DNA of 64,000 nt. Origin: Vicinamibacterales bacterium (GTDB lineage: Bacteria; Acidobacteriota; Vicinamibacteria; Vicinamibacterales; JAMQPK01). The stretch is from assembly GCA_023717525.1 (NCBI GenBank), contig JAMQPK010000194.1:6064-70063 (forward strand). Direction: 5' to 3'. Position numbers and translations under genes: made by a program. The notes below the pieces were generated by a model. That model was not told where the DNA came from and ran no database searches. It worked only from the letters and a program-made list of their open reading frames with translations. Position 1 is the stretch's first letter. Every line of letters begins with the position of its first letter. Of the stretch, positions 8,712 to 17,132 are shown piece after piece.

Positions 8712-11696
8712 CTACTGAGTGGGTCGCAGAATCTGACGGAACGTCAGCGTGTTGACGTCGCGGAACATCGGTGTGCCCGGCGGCAGCAGCGACGGCGTCA
8801 GGAAGTTCGTGTCGAAGTTGTAGGCTCGTGTCGGCGGCGAGTAGACAATCGTGCAGCACTTGTAGGTGCCAATCGCCTGACGACTCGTATACAAGCTGAC
8901 GATCGAGCCCCTGTAGTTCAGCGTCTGACCGTTCCAATCCTCGAGGTAACGAAGGAAGTTGTGGACGCCGCCGTCGGTGCCGAAGTCGTTTGCGGCGCCG
9001 TTCCACGTGGGCTTCGTAAACGACAGGGTCTTTCCTGCCGCGACGGCCATTCGATAGCCCGCCGAGGCCGTCACCTGTCGCCCTCCAGGATCGCTGGGCG
9101 ACACGAACGACCAGACGTCAGCCCACTGATTCGACAGCAGCGTGACCGCGTCAGCGATCACGGCAGCGGGTACGTTCGGGTTGGCGTTTGCGCTCGCCCC
9201 CGTAGCGTTGTAGTTCCCCTGGACATACACGGGGTTCTCGGCCGCGACCGTCAAACCAGCTGTCGGCAGGTTGTTCACACCACCGTTGATCCCGCCGTTG
9301 ATGAGCTTCAGAGCGCGACGGAAGAGTATCTGCCGGTTGACGAATGCGATGCCAGGGTTCTTGGCGGTCCCTTCCAGCCTTGTCGACGGACGCGCGGTGG
9401 CGTCCATGGGCGCCGTGGCACCCGCCGGTACCACGCCCGCCACGACCGACGGCGTCTCCCCGTAGGTATCGAGCACTCCGTCGCCGTCGACGTCTTCGCC
9501 CGCTTCCAGCTGTGTGCTGGGCGTGCCGGCCGCGGACGCGGGATTGATGACGTCCTCAGCCCCGTATCGCCCGGTTTCTGCGTCGGCGCTTGTCTCGTCG
9601 TGATCGCCGCGGCGGTCCGAGAAGTACACGATGTAGCCGTTGTTGTTCAGGGCTGCCGTACCGGTTGTGCCGATACCGCCGGCCAGCCATCTCTTCAGGT
9701 TGGCGACGTCGAGCGACACGAAGTGCATGAGTCCGCCGAGGTACATCGCCGATCCAGAGCCGCCCGTGGCGATGTTATCGCGATAGGAGCCCTCTCGCGC
9801 ATCGTAGAGCGCGTTCGGCCAGTAGTCGTACGGGTTCTGCGGATCAGCGTCACACGTACCACCGTTGTCTCGCAGACGCTGGAAGCGGATCACCGCGTTC
9901 GGCGTTGGGTCGGCGCCGCAAATGGCACCCGCCTGATTCCGGTCGGCGAATCCGAGGTTCAGGATTTCCGTCGTCACGTCCGACCACGCGCCCGCGGCAC
10001 TCTGCTTTTCGATCTTGATGAACCCGCCGTTCGCCGCCGTGTCCAGCGGGTTGGTCGCGTTGGTCGAGATCGTCCAGTTGTTGGCTGGCGTGTCGCCCGT
10101 AAACGTGCAGCCGGTGAAGCTCGTCGTGGTGTAACCCGTGCAGTAGGCGAGCGACATTCCCGCCGGTGTCGTGGCGCCTACAGCGTTTTGGTTCAGCCAG
10201 AAGAATTTGCGCGAGAACGGCAACGTCTGGTTGGCGTTCACCGTAAGTGTTTTGTTCGCGCCCGCCGTGACCGTCGAACCCGTGGTCGTCGCCGTGATGT
10301 TCGTCGAGTATGTTCCCACCGTGAGCGTCGCAGAGATCGTCCTGCCCGACGCAACGCTTTGCGTGGTCGTGCATCCCGTAAAGGTGTTGGGTGTGATGCC
10401 GGTGCAGACGACTCCGACCATCGGAGTCGCGGTGTTGATGTTCAGCGCCGGAATCCTCAGTTCTGCGGGCACTGCAGCGACAGGGAAGGTCCAGATCCCC
10501 GATGAGCTGGTCGGGGCGGCGTTCAGCGTCGTCGCGGCCATAATCCCAGGCGACTTCGCGATCGGCGTCACCGGAACGTATCCAGCGGGCACGCCGGCAG
10601 CCAGCGTGCTGAGGGCGACAGGGGCCGTGCCGGTAACCGTCGGCAAGTTCGTGATGTCGGTCGTTCTATCGGACAGCAAAATACGAAGGCTGGCCTGCGC
10701 GTAGAAACGCTGCACGTACACTGCCGTATTGGCGACATCCTCGTTCGCTGTGGACGGCCGGCGGATCAGGTCGATCGGCGTCGCCTGCTGAGACACGATT
10801 GGCAGGTCCAGCCGCTTGGCGCCCGTCCGGCTGCTCCGGATATAGCTCTTGTATGCGCCGACCGACACCGACGTCCATGTCGGCTCGTTGACGGCCGAAC
10901 TGGGACCGTTCACAAGACTGCCTTCTGACCGGGCCAGATTTCTGAAGGGCCCACCCTGCGCCGTAACGACGCTGACTGTGCCGGTGTAGTCGCTTGCCGT
11001 CGAGTACCCGTTTGACAGCTGCCACCGGATGACTTCGCTTGCAGCCGTCACACGATCGCCCAGCGTCAGCGTGTTGCCGTCGCCCTCTGCCAGAAACAGC
11101 GTGCCGTTAGTGTGAACGCGCCCACCAAAATTGAAGTCCGGGCCGGCGAAGAAGCTCAGATCGGTTTCAGAAAACAGACCGAACTGGAAAACCGGCACCG
11201 CCACTGTCTGAATGTCGCGACGCAGGCGCACTTCGGCGCCTCCGGACGTCGATCGCGCCGTGATGGTGATCGGATACTTCGTGATGATGCCCTTAAGGCC
11301 TCGGTACGGGCCCGCCGTAATGTTGCTGCCGGTCACGTCATCCGGGGCCGGGTTCCCGTTGACGTCGGCTTTCCACGTGACCGAGTAGCCGGAGCCGGCG
11401 ACTCCGCCTGGCGCCCTGAACTCGAAGCCGGGAATCGACGGCGGAGTGGCCGCGAGCGCATTGATTTGCGCCGTGCTCGGGCTGACGTCACCGTTGAAGA
11501 GCGCCGCAAGGTCTGACGTGAGCTTTTCGAGCCCCGCATGTGCGGCGGCGTACGCACGCGTCTGATCCTTGTCGAGCGCGTTCGACCGGGTGTCTGCATT
11601 CACTGCCGCGAAAAAGCCCGCCATGAGCGCTGCTAATAGCATCATCACCATCAGGGTGACGATGAGCGCGATGCCGGATTCGTCTTTGCGTTTCAC
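8712..11696 (-). CDS. large PilX_N-domain pilus-associated protein (putative tip or adhesin component), 994 aa
   Basis: The N-terminus GIALIVTLMVMMLLAALMAGFFAAV has no E5 and resembles the PilX N-terminal domain. It is followed by a GRVHTNGTLFL motif and a long Thr/Asn/Gly-rich region. It is the last gene of a minor-pilin operon. Confidence 0.7.
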   Translation of the reverse strand: MKRKDESGIALIVTLMVMMLLAALMAGFFAAVNADTRSNALDKDQTRAYAAAHAGLEKLTSDLAALFNGDVSPSTAQINALAATPPSIPGFEFRAPGGVAGSGYSVTWKADVNGNPAPDDVTGSNITAGPYRGLKGIITKYPITITARSTSGGAEVRLRRDIQTVAVPVFQFGLFSETDLSFFAGPDFNFGGRVHTNGTLFLAEGDGNTLTLGDRVTAASEVIRWQLSNGYSTASDYTGTVSVVTAQGGPFRNLARSEGSLVNGPSSAVNEPTWTSVSVGAYKSYIRSSRTGAKRLDLPIVSQQATPIDLIRRPSTANEDVANTAVYVQRFYAQASLRILLSDRTTDITNLPTVTGTAPVALSTLAAGVPAGYVPVTPIAKSPGIMAATTLNAAPTSSSGIWTFPVAAVPAELRIPALNINTATPMVGVVCTGITPNTFTGCTTTQSVASGRTISATLTVGTYSTNITATTTGSTVTAGANKTLTVNANQTLPFSRKFFWLNQNAVGATTPAGMSLAYCTGYTTTSFTGCTFTGDTPANNWTISTNATNPLDTAANGGFIKIEKQSAAGAWSDVTTEILNLGFADRNQAGAICGADPTPNAVIRFQRLRDNGGTCDADPQNPYDYWPNALYDAREGSYRDNIATGGSGSAMYLGGLMHFVSLDVANLKRWLAGGIGTTGTAALNNNGYIVYFSDRRGDHDETSADAETGRYGAEDVINPASAAGTPSTQLEAGEDVDGDGVLDTYGETPSVVAGVVPAGATAPMDATARPSTRLEGTAKNPGIAFVNRQILFRRALKLINGGINGGVNNLPTAGLTVAAENPVYVQGNYNATGASANANPNVPAAVIADAVTLLSNQWADVWSFVSPSDPGGRQVTASAGYRMAVAAGKTLSFTKPTWNGAANDFGTDGGVHNFLRYLEDWNGQTLNYRGSIVSLYTSRQAIGTYKCCTIVYSPPTRAYNFDTNFLTPSLLPPGTPMFRDVNTLTFRQILRPTQ

Positions 11697-11720
11697 TTGA
11701 GTCCTCCACCTGTCATTTCA

Positions 11721-12875
11721 TTACGGAGCGAGATATTCGTCGACGAACGCCATACCGCGCAGGCTCACCTGCGAGTTCAGCGCGTTGCGGAACATCTTGC
11801 CGTTCAGCTGTGAGGCGTTCCGCGAACGCCCGGTCAACAGAATGTTGACCTTGCGAATCTGGTTCACGTTGCACGGGTTGGGTGCGCACGCCCCCGTTCC
11901 GGCCAGGTCCGCGGCCGTGAAACGGACGTTGGACGGGTTTGTCGCTCCGTCGGCGACGTCGAACGTGAATTGAAGGTTTTCGATGTCCAGTGCGACCGCG
12001 ACGCCCGACGTGTTGTCGAATGTCGTCGCACTGCCGTTGTTGATCCGGCGCACCAGCCTCGGCCTCCCCGGAATCACGTTGTCCAGGTAGTACGAGATCA
12101 TCCTGACGCGCGTCGCGCTGGTCGGAATAATCTGCGTGGCTGGGGCCGCGGGAAGGACGTCGGCTGGCGCAGTCGCCCTCAACGCCGCCACGTTGCCAGC
12201 CGCCGCGCCTGTCTGATTCAGGTTCAGCGAGTCGCCGTTGGCGAACGTAATGCGCCGCGACGACGTGTTGACGCCGGTCACTTCCACGATCGTCGTCGTC
12301 GCGCCCTTCTCGAGCAGGAGAAGCTGGCCAGTCACGATACGGTCGGGCCCGGTGGCGATGTTGATGGCCTGCCCGTTGGCCGGATTCGTCGCCGCCACAT
12401 CCATCGTCGTATTTGTCAGGGCGATGAGCGGCATGTCGATGAAGTTGTTGTCTGCGGCCAGCACGGTGATCATGTCGGTGGCCACGCCGTTAACGACGAC
12501 ACCGCCGCCAGGCCGCGGATTCACGGCATTCAGGTCGACGTCGGTCGCGACGTTCTGGTACGTTGTTCCAGGAGGGCCTGGCATGTTGACCCGCGTTGAT
12601 CCGAGACCGGACGGCGTCAGGATGGCGTGACCGGTCGGCAGGCCGGACCCGACCTGCAGCATGTCGCGCACCATTAAGTCCATGCCTGTGCGCAGCGTGT
12701 TGTTCATGCCGCTGACCGCCAGCGCTGTTTCGTTCAGCCGAAGAGCGTGCTGCATGGCGAGCATCGCAGTACCCATCACGACCGTGGAGATGCCCATCGC
12801 GACGATGAGCTCCACGAGGGTAAAGCCCGAAGCTGAACTGTGTCCGGCGCGGCGAGGAGAATTATTGATACTCAT
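11721..12875 (-). CDS. PilW-like minor pilin (prepilin-type N-terminal cleavage/methylation domain)
   Basis: ...SASG/FTLVELIVAMGISTVVMGTAMLAM, 384 aa, with an operon position typical of pilW. Confidence 0.7.
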   Translation of the reverse strand: MSINNSPRRAGHSSASGFTLVELIVAMGISTVVMGTAMLAMQHALRLNETALAVSGMNNTLRTGMDLMVRDMLQVGSGLPTGHAILTPSGLGSTRVNMPGPPGTTYQNVATDVDLNAVNPRPGGGVVVNGVATDMITVLAADNNFIDMPLIALTNTTMDVAATNPANGQAINIATGPDRIVTGQLLLLEKGATTTIVEVTGVNTSSRRITFANGDSLNLNQTGAAAGNVAALRATAPADVLPAAPATQIIPTSATRVRMISYYLDNVIPGRPRLVRRINNGSATTFDNTSGVAVALDIENLQFTFDVADGATNPSNVRFTAADLAGTGACAPNPCNVNQIRKVNILLTGRSRNASQLNGKMFRNALNSQVSLRGMAFVDEYLAP

Positions 12876-13429
12876 GAGAATGAAGACACGTAGGTGGTTA
12901 ACGTGTAGCTCCGCATAAGGCCTTCAACGGTGTAGCGGATGGTCACCGTAATTTGGCGAAGGTTGGGGTTCAGGACACCCGTGCCGTCTTTGTTCAAGGG
13001 CGTGATCTGAATTTCCCGTGAATAGTTCGTCAGTGCCTTCAGCACATCGTCGGAGTTGCCAAGAATGCCGTCGTTGCCAGGCATCCGCAAGTATTCGACG
13101 CTGCCGTCATCGGCGGTATTCACAAGTCCATCGGCGCCGGGCGTCGACAATTGGCGCGCACCTGTGAGGAACACTCCCCCCTGCGGGACGTTCTGGATCT
13201 TTGGCCACGACAAGAGCCCTGTATCGCGTGCGGTGTGCACGCTCTCAACGGCCTCACGTGCCTTTTCCCTGGCGATCAGGCTGGGAGACGACCCTGCCAT
13301 GTATCGCATGCCTTGCGCCATGACGCCTGCAAGAGTCAACAGGCCGCCGGCAAGGATTGCCGTCGAGACGATCACTTCGACCAACGAGAATCCCGACTCC
13401 GATCTCGACGTTTCTCCGCGCGTTGTCAT
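12872..13429 (-). CDS. PilV-like minor pilin
   Basis: MTTRGETSRSESG/FSLVEVIVSTAILAGGLLTLAG. The start is chosen at the ATG overlapping the upstream stop (ATGA). The track start at 13453 is also possible. Confidence 0.7.
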   Translation of the reverse strand: MTTRGETSRSESGFSLVEVIVSTAILAGGLLTLAGVMAQGMRYMAGSSPSLIAREKAREAVESVHTARDTGLLSWPKIQNVPQGGVFLTGARQLSTPGADGLVNTADDGSVEYLRMPGNDGILGNSDDVLKALTNYSREIQITPLNKDGTGVLNPNLRQITVTIRYTVEGLMRSYTLTTYVSSFS

Positions 13430-13986
13430 TCCACCCATTTCCTGCCATCCCATTTCCAGGCGTGGATTAGTCCGGTGGCGCCAAAAATCGTGATGGCGCG
13501 CGCCGAGGTCGCCCTTGATGCATCTCCGAAGAACACACTGCCGTTGACCGGGTCGCCGCTCGAATCCAGGAGCGAGCCGTCGCTCGTGAAGCGGATAGTC
13601 GGCGTCACGCCGAAGTAGATGGCCGATGAGTTGCCGAACGCGTCGGGCGTATCGGGCACTCCCGTGAATTTCATGTACGTCTGGCCGTTGTCGAGGTATG
13701 TGTTGCTGACTACTGTGGTGGCCGGCCCGGGGACCTCGATACGGAGCACCTGTATGCGGTTTGGCGCGGTGAAGACCACCTGGAACTCGCGGCGTTCACC
13801 GACGGCCCGGTCGCGCGCGAGCTCGACGGCGTTCACCACCGACGTGAGGGCGCTGTCGGCACGGGCCGCTTGAAGCAAGGAAGGTGTCACGCCGCTCGCC
13901 ATGACGGCCACGACGCTCAGCACAGCCACCACCATCAGCATCTCCACCAGGGTGAACCCGCTCGACGTGCCTAGCAATTTCTTCAT
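13426..13986 (-). CDS. GspH/FimT-like minor pilin
   Basis: MKKLLGTSSG/FTLVEMLMVVAVLSVVAV...DSALTSVVNAVELARDRAV. The ATG at 13986 is preferred over the TTG at 14004. Confidence 0.65.
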   Translation of the reverse strand: MKKLLGTSSGFTLVEMLMVVAVLSVVAVMASGVTPSLLQAARADSALTSVVNAVELARDRAVGERREFQVVFTAPNRIQVLRIEVPGPATTVVSNTYLDNGQTYMKFTGVPDTPDAFGNSSAIYFGVTPTIRFTSDGSLLDSSGDPVNGSVFFGDASRATSARAITIFGATGLIHAWKWDGRKWVE

Positions 13987-14257
13987 CGCAGCCCTGTAGC
14001 GCAATTCAGAGGCCGAGCAAGACAGGCGCGGAACGGTCGAATATGTTGTTTAGATTCTGGTATTTAAGGGCCAATTACGAGTTCGGAGGCTAGTTGGGGC
14101 AAGTTTCAATTCTGCACACAAACCTACAATTTCCGTCACCTTGGCAGGGTCGGGACCGGCGTGCCGAGGCTTCGGTTTCTGCCAGCCGGTTGCACCTCAT
14201 CGATCGCAAAAACTGCCACTTGCGGCTGTGATCCCCTTGTTTCCCAAGGATTTGCGA

Positions 14258-14273
14258 TGGATCGCGTGTTGCT
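14258..14273 (+). promoter_or_regulatory. weak candidate sigma-54 promoter for the plus-strand minor-pilin operon
   Basis: TGGATCG-CGTG-TTGCT has the correct GG/GC spacing. The -12 element is only about 22 nt from the ATG at 14294, and no SD is visible. Confidence 0.3.
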
Positions 14274-14293
14274 CCGTGGGTCTTCGGCCGGTT

Positions 14294-14713
14294 ATGCCAA
14301 AGAACACGGTGCACGACCACGGTTTCTCGCTCGTCGAGTCAGTGCTGGCTATTGGAGTGTTGGCCACGGCCCTCATTACGCTGGCGCAGCTCATTTCTAC
14401 GAGCGTGGCAACCGGCGCGCGGGCCAGGTACACCACGGTCGCCGCGGTGCTGGCCGCGCAGAAGATGGAAGAGTTGCGCTCGACCAAGGTCCTCGAGACG
14501 TCCGCAGTAATCGCGGAGTACCTCGACGGCAGCGGACGTGTCACCTGCGTGGGAATAGGGGAATGTGCATCGATGGTGTATGTGCGGCGTTGGTCAATGG
14601 CGCCGTTTGCCGCCCAACCCGACGCTGTGCTCATCCAGGTGTCGGTCGCACATCTTCGCGTCCGCCATCGCGAGGCGCGACTCGCAAGCGTCAGGGCGAG
14701 GATACGCGAATGA
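14294..14713 (+). CDS. PilV-like minor pilin (second set)
   Basis: Internal ATG gives MPKNTVHDHG/FSLVESVLAIGVLATALITLAQ, 139 aa. Confidence 0.65.
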   Translation: MPKNTVHDHGFSLVESVLAIGVLATALITLAQLISTSVATGARARYTTVAAVLAAQKMEELRSTKVLETSAVIAEYLDGSGRVTCVGIGECASMVYVRRWSMAPFAAQPDAVLIQVSVAHLRVRHREARLASVRARIRE

Positions 14714-15843
14714 CGAGGGTACTCGCGGCGAGTGGTTTCTCGGTGGTGGAGCTTATCGTGGCCGTCGCGATCATGCTGGTCGTTACTGGCGCGATCTTCG
14801 GGCTCACTCATCCTGCGCAAGCGATGTTTCAGGTCGAGCCAGAACGAGCAGACATGCAGCAGCGCCTTCGCATCGCCGTCGAGGCGATCTCCAGAGATCT
14901 CATGATGGCAGGCGCAGGCGGACAGCTTAGTGGTGGCGCCACTGTTCCCGGCCGGTCGTTTGCGACCGTCCTGCCTCTTCGCCGTGGGCACCAATCGGCA
15001 GATGCCCCTGGCGCGTTCTTCCAGGATCGCATTTCGGTCGTGTACGAACCGGCAGCTGCGCCAGAAACAACTGTGAGTGAACCCGTGGCCTCGGCGAGCG
15101 TAGTGCCTGTTCAACCGCAGCCCGGTTGTCCCGCGACGGCGCCGCTATGCGGGTTTCGTGCGAACCAGTTGGCTGCGGTGTACGACGCGACGGGCGCGCA
15201 CGACATATTCCGTATCGTGGCTGTTCAAGACAGTCCGCCGCTGCTCCTGGGCGATGGGGCACTGTTTTCGAGGGTGTACGACGCTGGAGCAGTTGTGGCC
15301 GAGGTCGAGGCCGTCACCTATTGGGTGCACGATGATGTTCGGGTGGGCGTCCATCGATTGATGCGGTACGACGGCTGGCAGACCGACACTCCGGTCGCCG
15401 ACAACATCCTCGCTCTGCGGTTTGAGTACTTCGGCGATCCGACACCACCGGTGCTCCGTCGTGCCCTGGACGATCCGCAGGGACCTTGGACGTCGTACGG
15501 GCCAAAGCCGCCGCTGGCCGATGTGGATGATGCTTCGACGCCTAGCTATGGATCCGGGGAGAACTGCGTTTTCGCCGTTGACAATGGTGTAACCATCACT
15601 CGCCTGGAGATGCGCGATCTTGGCAGTTCGTTCTCTTCGGTGGTGCGCCTCGATGCCCAGCAGCTTACCGATGGACCCTGGTGTCCCGATCCGACCTCTC
15701 CGGTACGATTTGACGCCGATCTACTGCGTATCCGCCGAGTGCGCGTCACGCTTCAGGTCCGTTCCGCCCGGCGCTTCGTGTTTGCACAGGTGCCCGATCT
15801 GGAAATCGCCTTTGATGTTGCTCCGCGTAACCTGGGGAACTAG
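14710..15843 (+). CDS. PilW-like minor pilin (second set)
   Basis: ATGA overlap with the upstream gene. MTRVLAASG/FSVVELIVAVAIMLVVTGAIFG, 377 aa. The track ORF from 14161 is an out-of-context upstream extension. Confidence 0.65.
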   Translation: MTRVLAASGFSVVELIVAVAIMLVVTGAIFGLTHPAQAMFQVEPERADMQQRLRIAVEAISRDLMMAGAGGQLSGGATVPGRSFATVLPLRRGHQSADAPGAFFQDRISVVYEPAAAPETTVSEPVASASVVPVQPQPGCPATAPLCGFRANQLAAVYDATGAHDIFRIVAVQDSPPLLLGDGALFSRVYDAGAVVAEVEAVTYWVHDDVRVGVHRLMRYDGWQTDTPVADNILALRFEYFGDPTPPVLRRALDDPQGPWTSYGPKPPLADVDDASTPSYGSGENCVFAVDNGVTITRLEMRDLGSSFSSVVRLDAQQLTDGPWCPDPTSPVRFDADLLRIRRVRVTLQVRSARRFVFAQVPDLEIAFDVAPRNLGN

Positions 15844-15845
15844 AA

Positions 15846-16529
15846 GTGTATCGACGCAGAGGCGCAACGACACGGGGTCGGAGTTTCAACGAGTGCGGAT
15901 CAGCGCTCGTCATCGCGATCATGGCGGCGGCGCTACTGTCGGTTCTCGGGCTTGGCCTTTCCCTTGTGGCGAACACAGAGATGTTAATAGCCAGCAACTA
16001 CGCGACCGGACAAGAGCTGATGTATGCCGCCGAGGCCGGGCTTGAGATCGCCGAACAGGAATTGCGGTCTGTGCCAGACTGGAATTTAGTGCTGGAAGGT
16101 ACCGTGCGATCAAACTGGACAGATGGCCTTTCCGCGCCGGCGCGGGTGTTGGAGGGCGGTTCGATATTGAAGCTCGACGAAGCCACCAACGTCGCCAATT
16201 GCGGGCAGGCCGCGTCCTGCACCGATTCAGAGATGGATGCGGTCGCCGAGTTCCGCCCCTGGGGCAGCAATAATCCGAGATGGCGGTTGTTCGCTCACTC
16301 TCCCATGAACCATGGTTATGTTGCCGTGTGGGTGGGCGATGATGCGGCAGAGAACGACGGCAATCCGCTCCGCGATGGGACAACGGCGGCCAATCCTGGC
16401 ACAGGGGCTCTTGCCCTGCGATCCGAGGCGTTTGGCGGCGGCGGGGGGCACAAGGTTGTCCAGGCGACGGTCTGCCGCAGCGGGGGCGCCGCGGGCATCA
16501 GCCGCCTTTCGTGGGTTCAAATCCAGTAG
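15846..16529 (+). CDS. PilX-like minor pilin (PilX_N domain)
   Basis: GTG start 2 nt after the upstream stop. GSALVIAIMAAALLSVLGLGLSLVANTE...YAAEAGLEIA resembles the N-terminus of the 994-aa protein. Confidence 0.6.
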   Translation: MYRRRGATTRGRSFNECGSALVIAIMAAALLSVLGLGLSLVANTEMLIASNYATGQELMYAAEAGLEIAEQELRSVPDWNLVLEGTVRSNWTDGLSAPARVLEGGSILKLDEATNVANCGQAASCTDSEMDAVAEFRPWGSNNPRWRLFAHSPMNHGYVAVWVGDDAAENDGNPLRDGTTAANPGTGALALRSEAFGGGGGHKVVQATVCRSGGAAGISRLSWVQIQ

Positions 16530-16569
16530 GCCGATAGTTTTTCGAAGATCTGCCGATAAGACGATAGTC

Positions 16570-17121
16570 ATGAAGATCACCACGTTTCTCCTCGTTCTCT
16601 TGATACCCGCCAGCGCGATGTCGCAGTCGTTGGCAGATGTGGCGCGCAAAGAGGAAGCGCGGCGGAAAACCGTGAAGGGGACAGCCAAGGTCTACACGAA
16701 CGACGACCTGGTGAATACCCGTGATGTTCTCTCGACCCCCGCGCCGGCTCCGGCGAGCCCCGCTGCAGGCGGTTCTACGAAATCCCCGGCCGCGGTCACT
16801 CCACCCTCGACAGGAAGCACAGAGGGTTCCACCGAATCCAAGGATCCCCAATTCTGGAAGGGCCGGATGGCGGCCGCGCAGGATGCGCTGAACCGCAATA
16901 AGGTGTTGCTCGCTGCCCTGGAGGCGCGGGTAAACTCGCTCAACGCCGACTTGCTCAACGCTGCGGACCAGTTCCAGCGCAACAAAGTGGAAGAGGGCCT
17001 CAAGACCGCGACGGCTGAGCTCGCGCGTGTGAAGCAGGACATCGTCAGCGCCACGAAAGCCGTCAACGACATCGAAGAAGAGGCTCGAAAAGCGAACGTC
17101 CCGCCGGGCTGGCTGCGCTAG
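16570..17121 (+). CDS. secreted coiled-coil protein, function unknown
   Basis: Internal ATG gives the signal peptide MKITTFLLVLLIPASAMSQS. This is followed by a Pro/Ser/Thr linker and a heptad-like helical C-terminus (ALEARVNSLNADLLNAADQFQRNKVEEGLKTATAELARVKQDI). Confidence 0.5.
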   Translation: MKITTFLLVLLIPASAMSQSLADVARKEEARRKTVKGTAKVYTNDDLVNTRDVLSTPAPAPASPAAGGSTKSPAAVTPPSTGSTEGSTESKDPQFWKGRMAAAQDALNRNKVLLAALEARVNSLNADLLNAADQFQRNKVEEGLKTATAELARVKQDIVSATKAVNDIEEEARKANVPPGWLR

Positions 17122-17132
17122 ACTCGTCTGCA

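Noticed and set aside
8583-10505. 640-aa plus-strand ORF
   Set aside because: It is antisense to the 994-aa pilus protein gene and has Arg-rich low-complexity translation. It would also overlap the kinase gene.
16508-16527. GGGTTCAAATCC, a tRNA T-loop-like string
   Set aside because: The flanking bases do not form a T stem or an acceptor stem, and it lies inside the 3' end of the pilX-like CDS.
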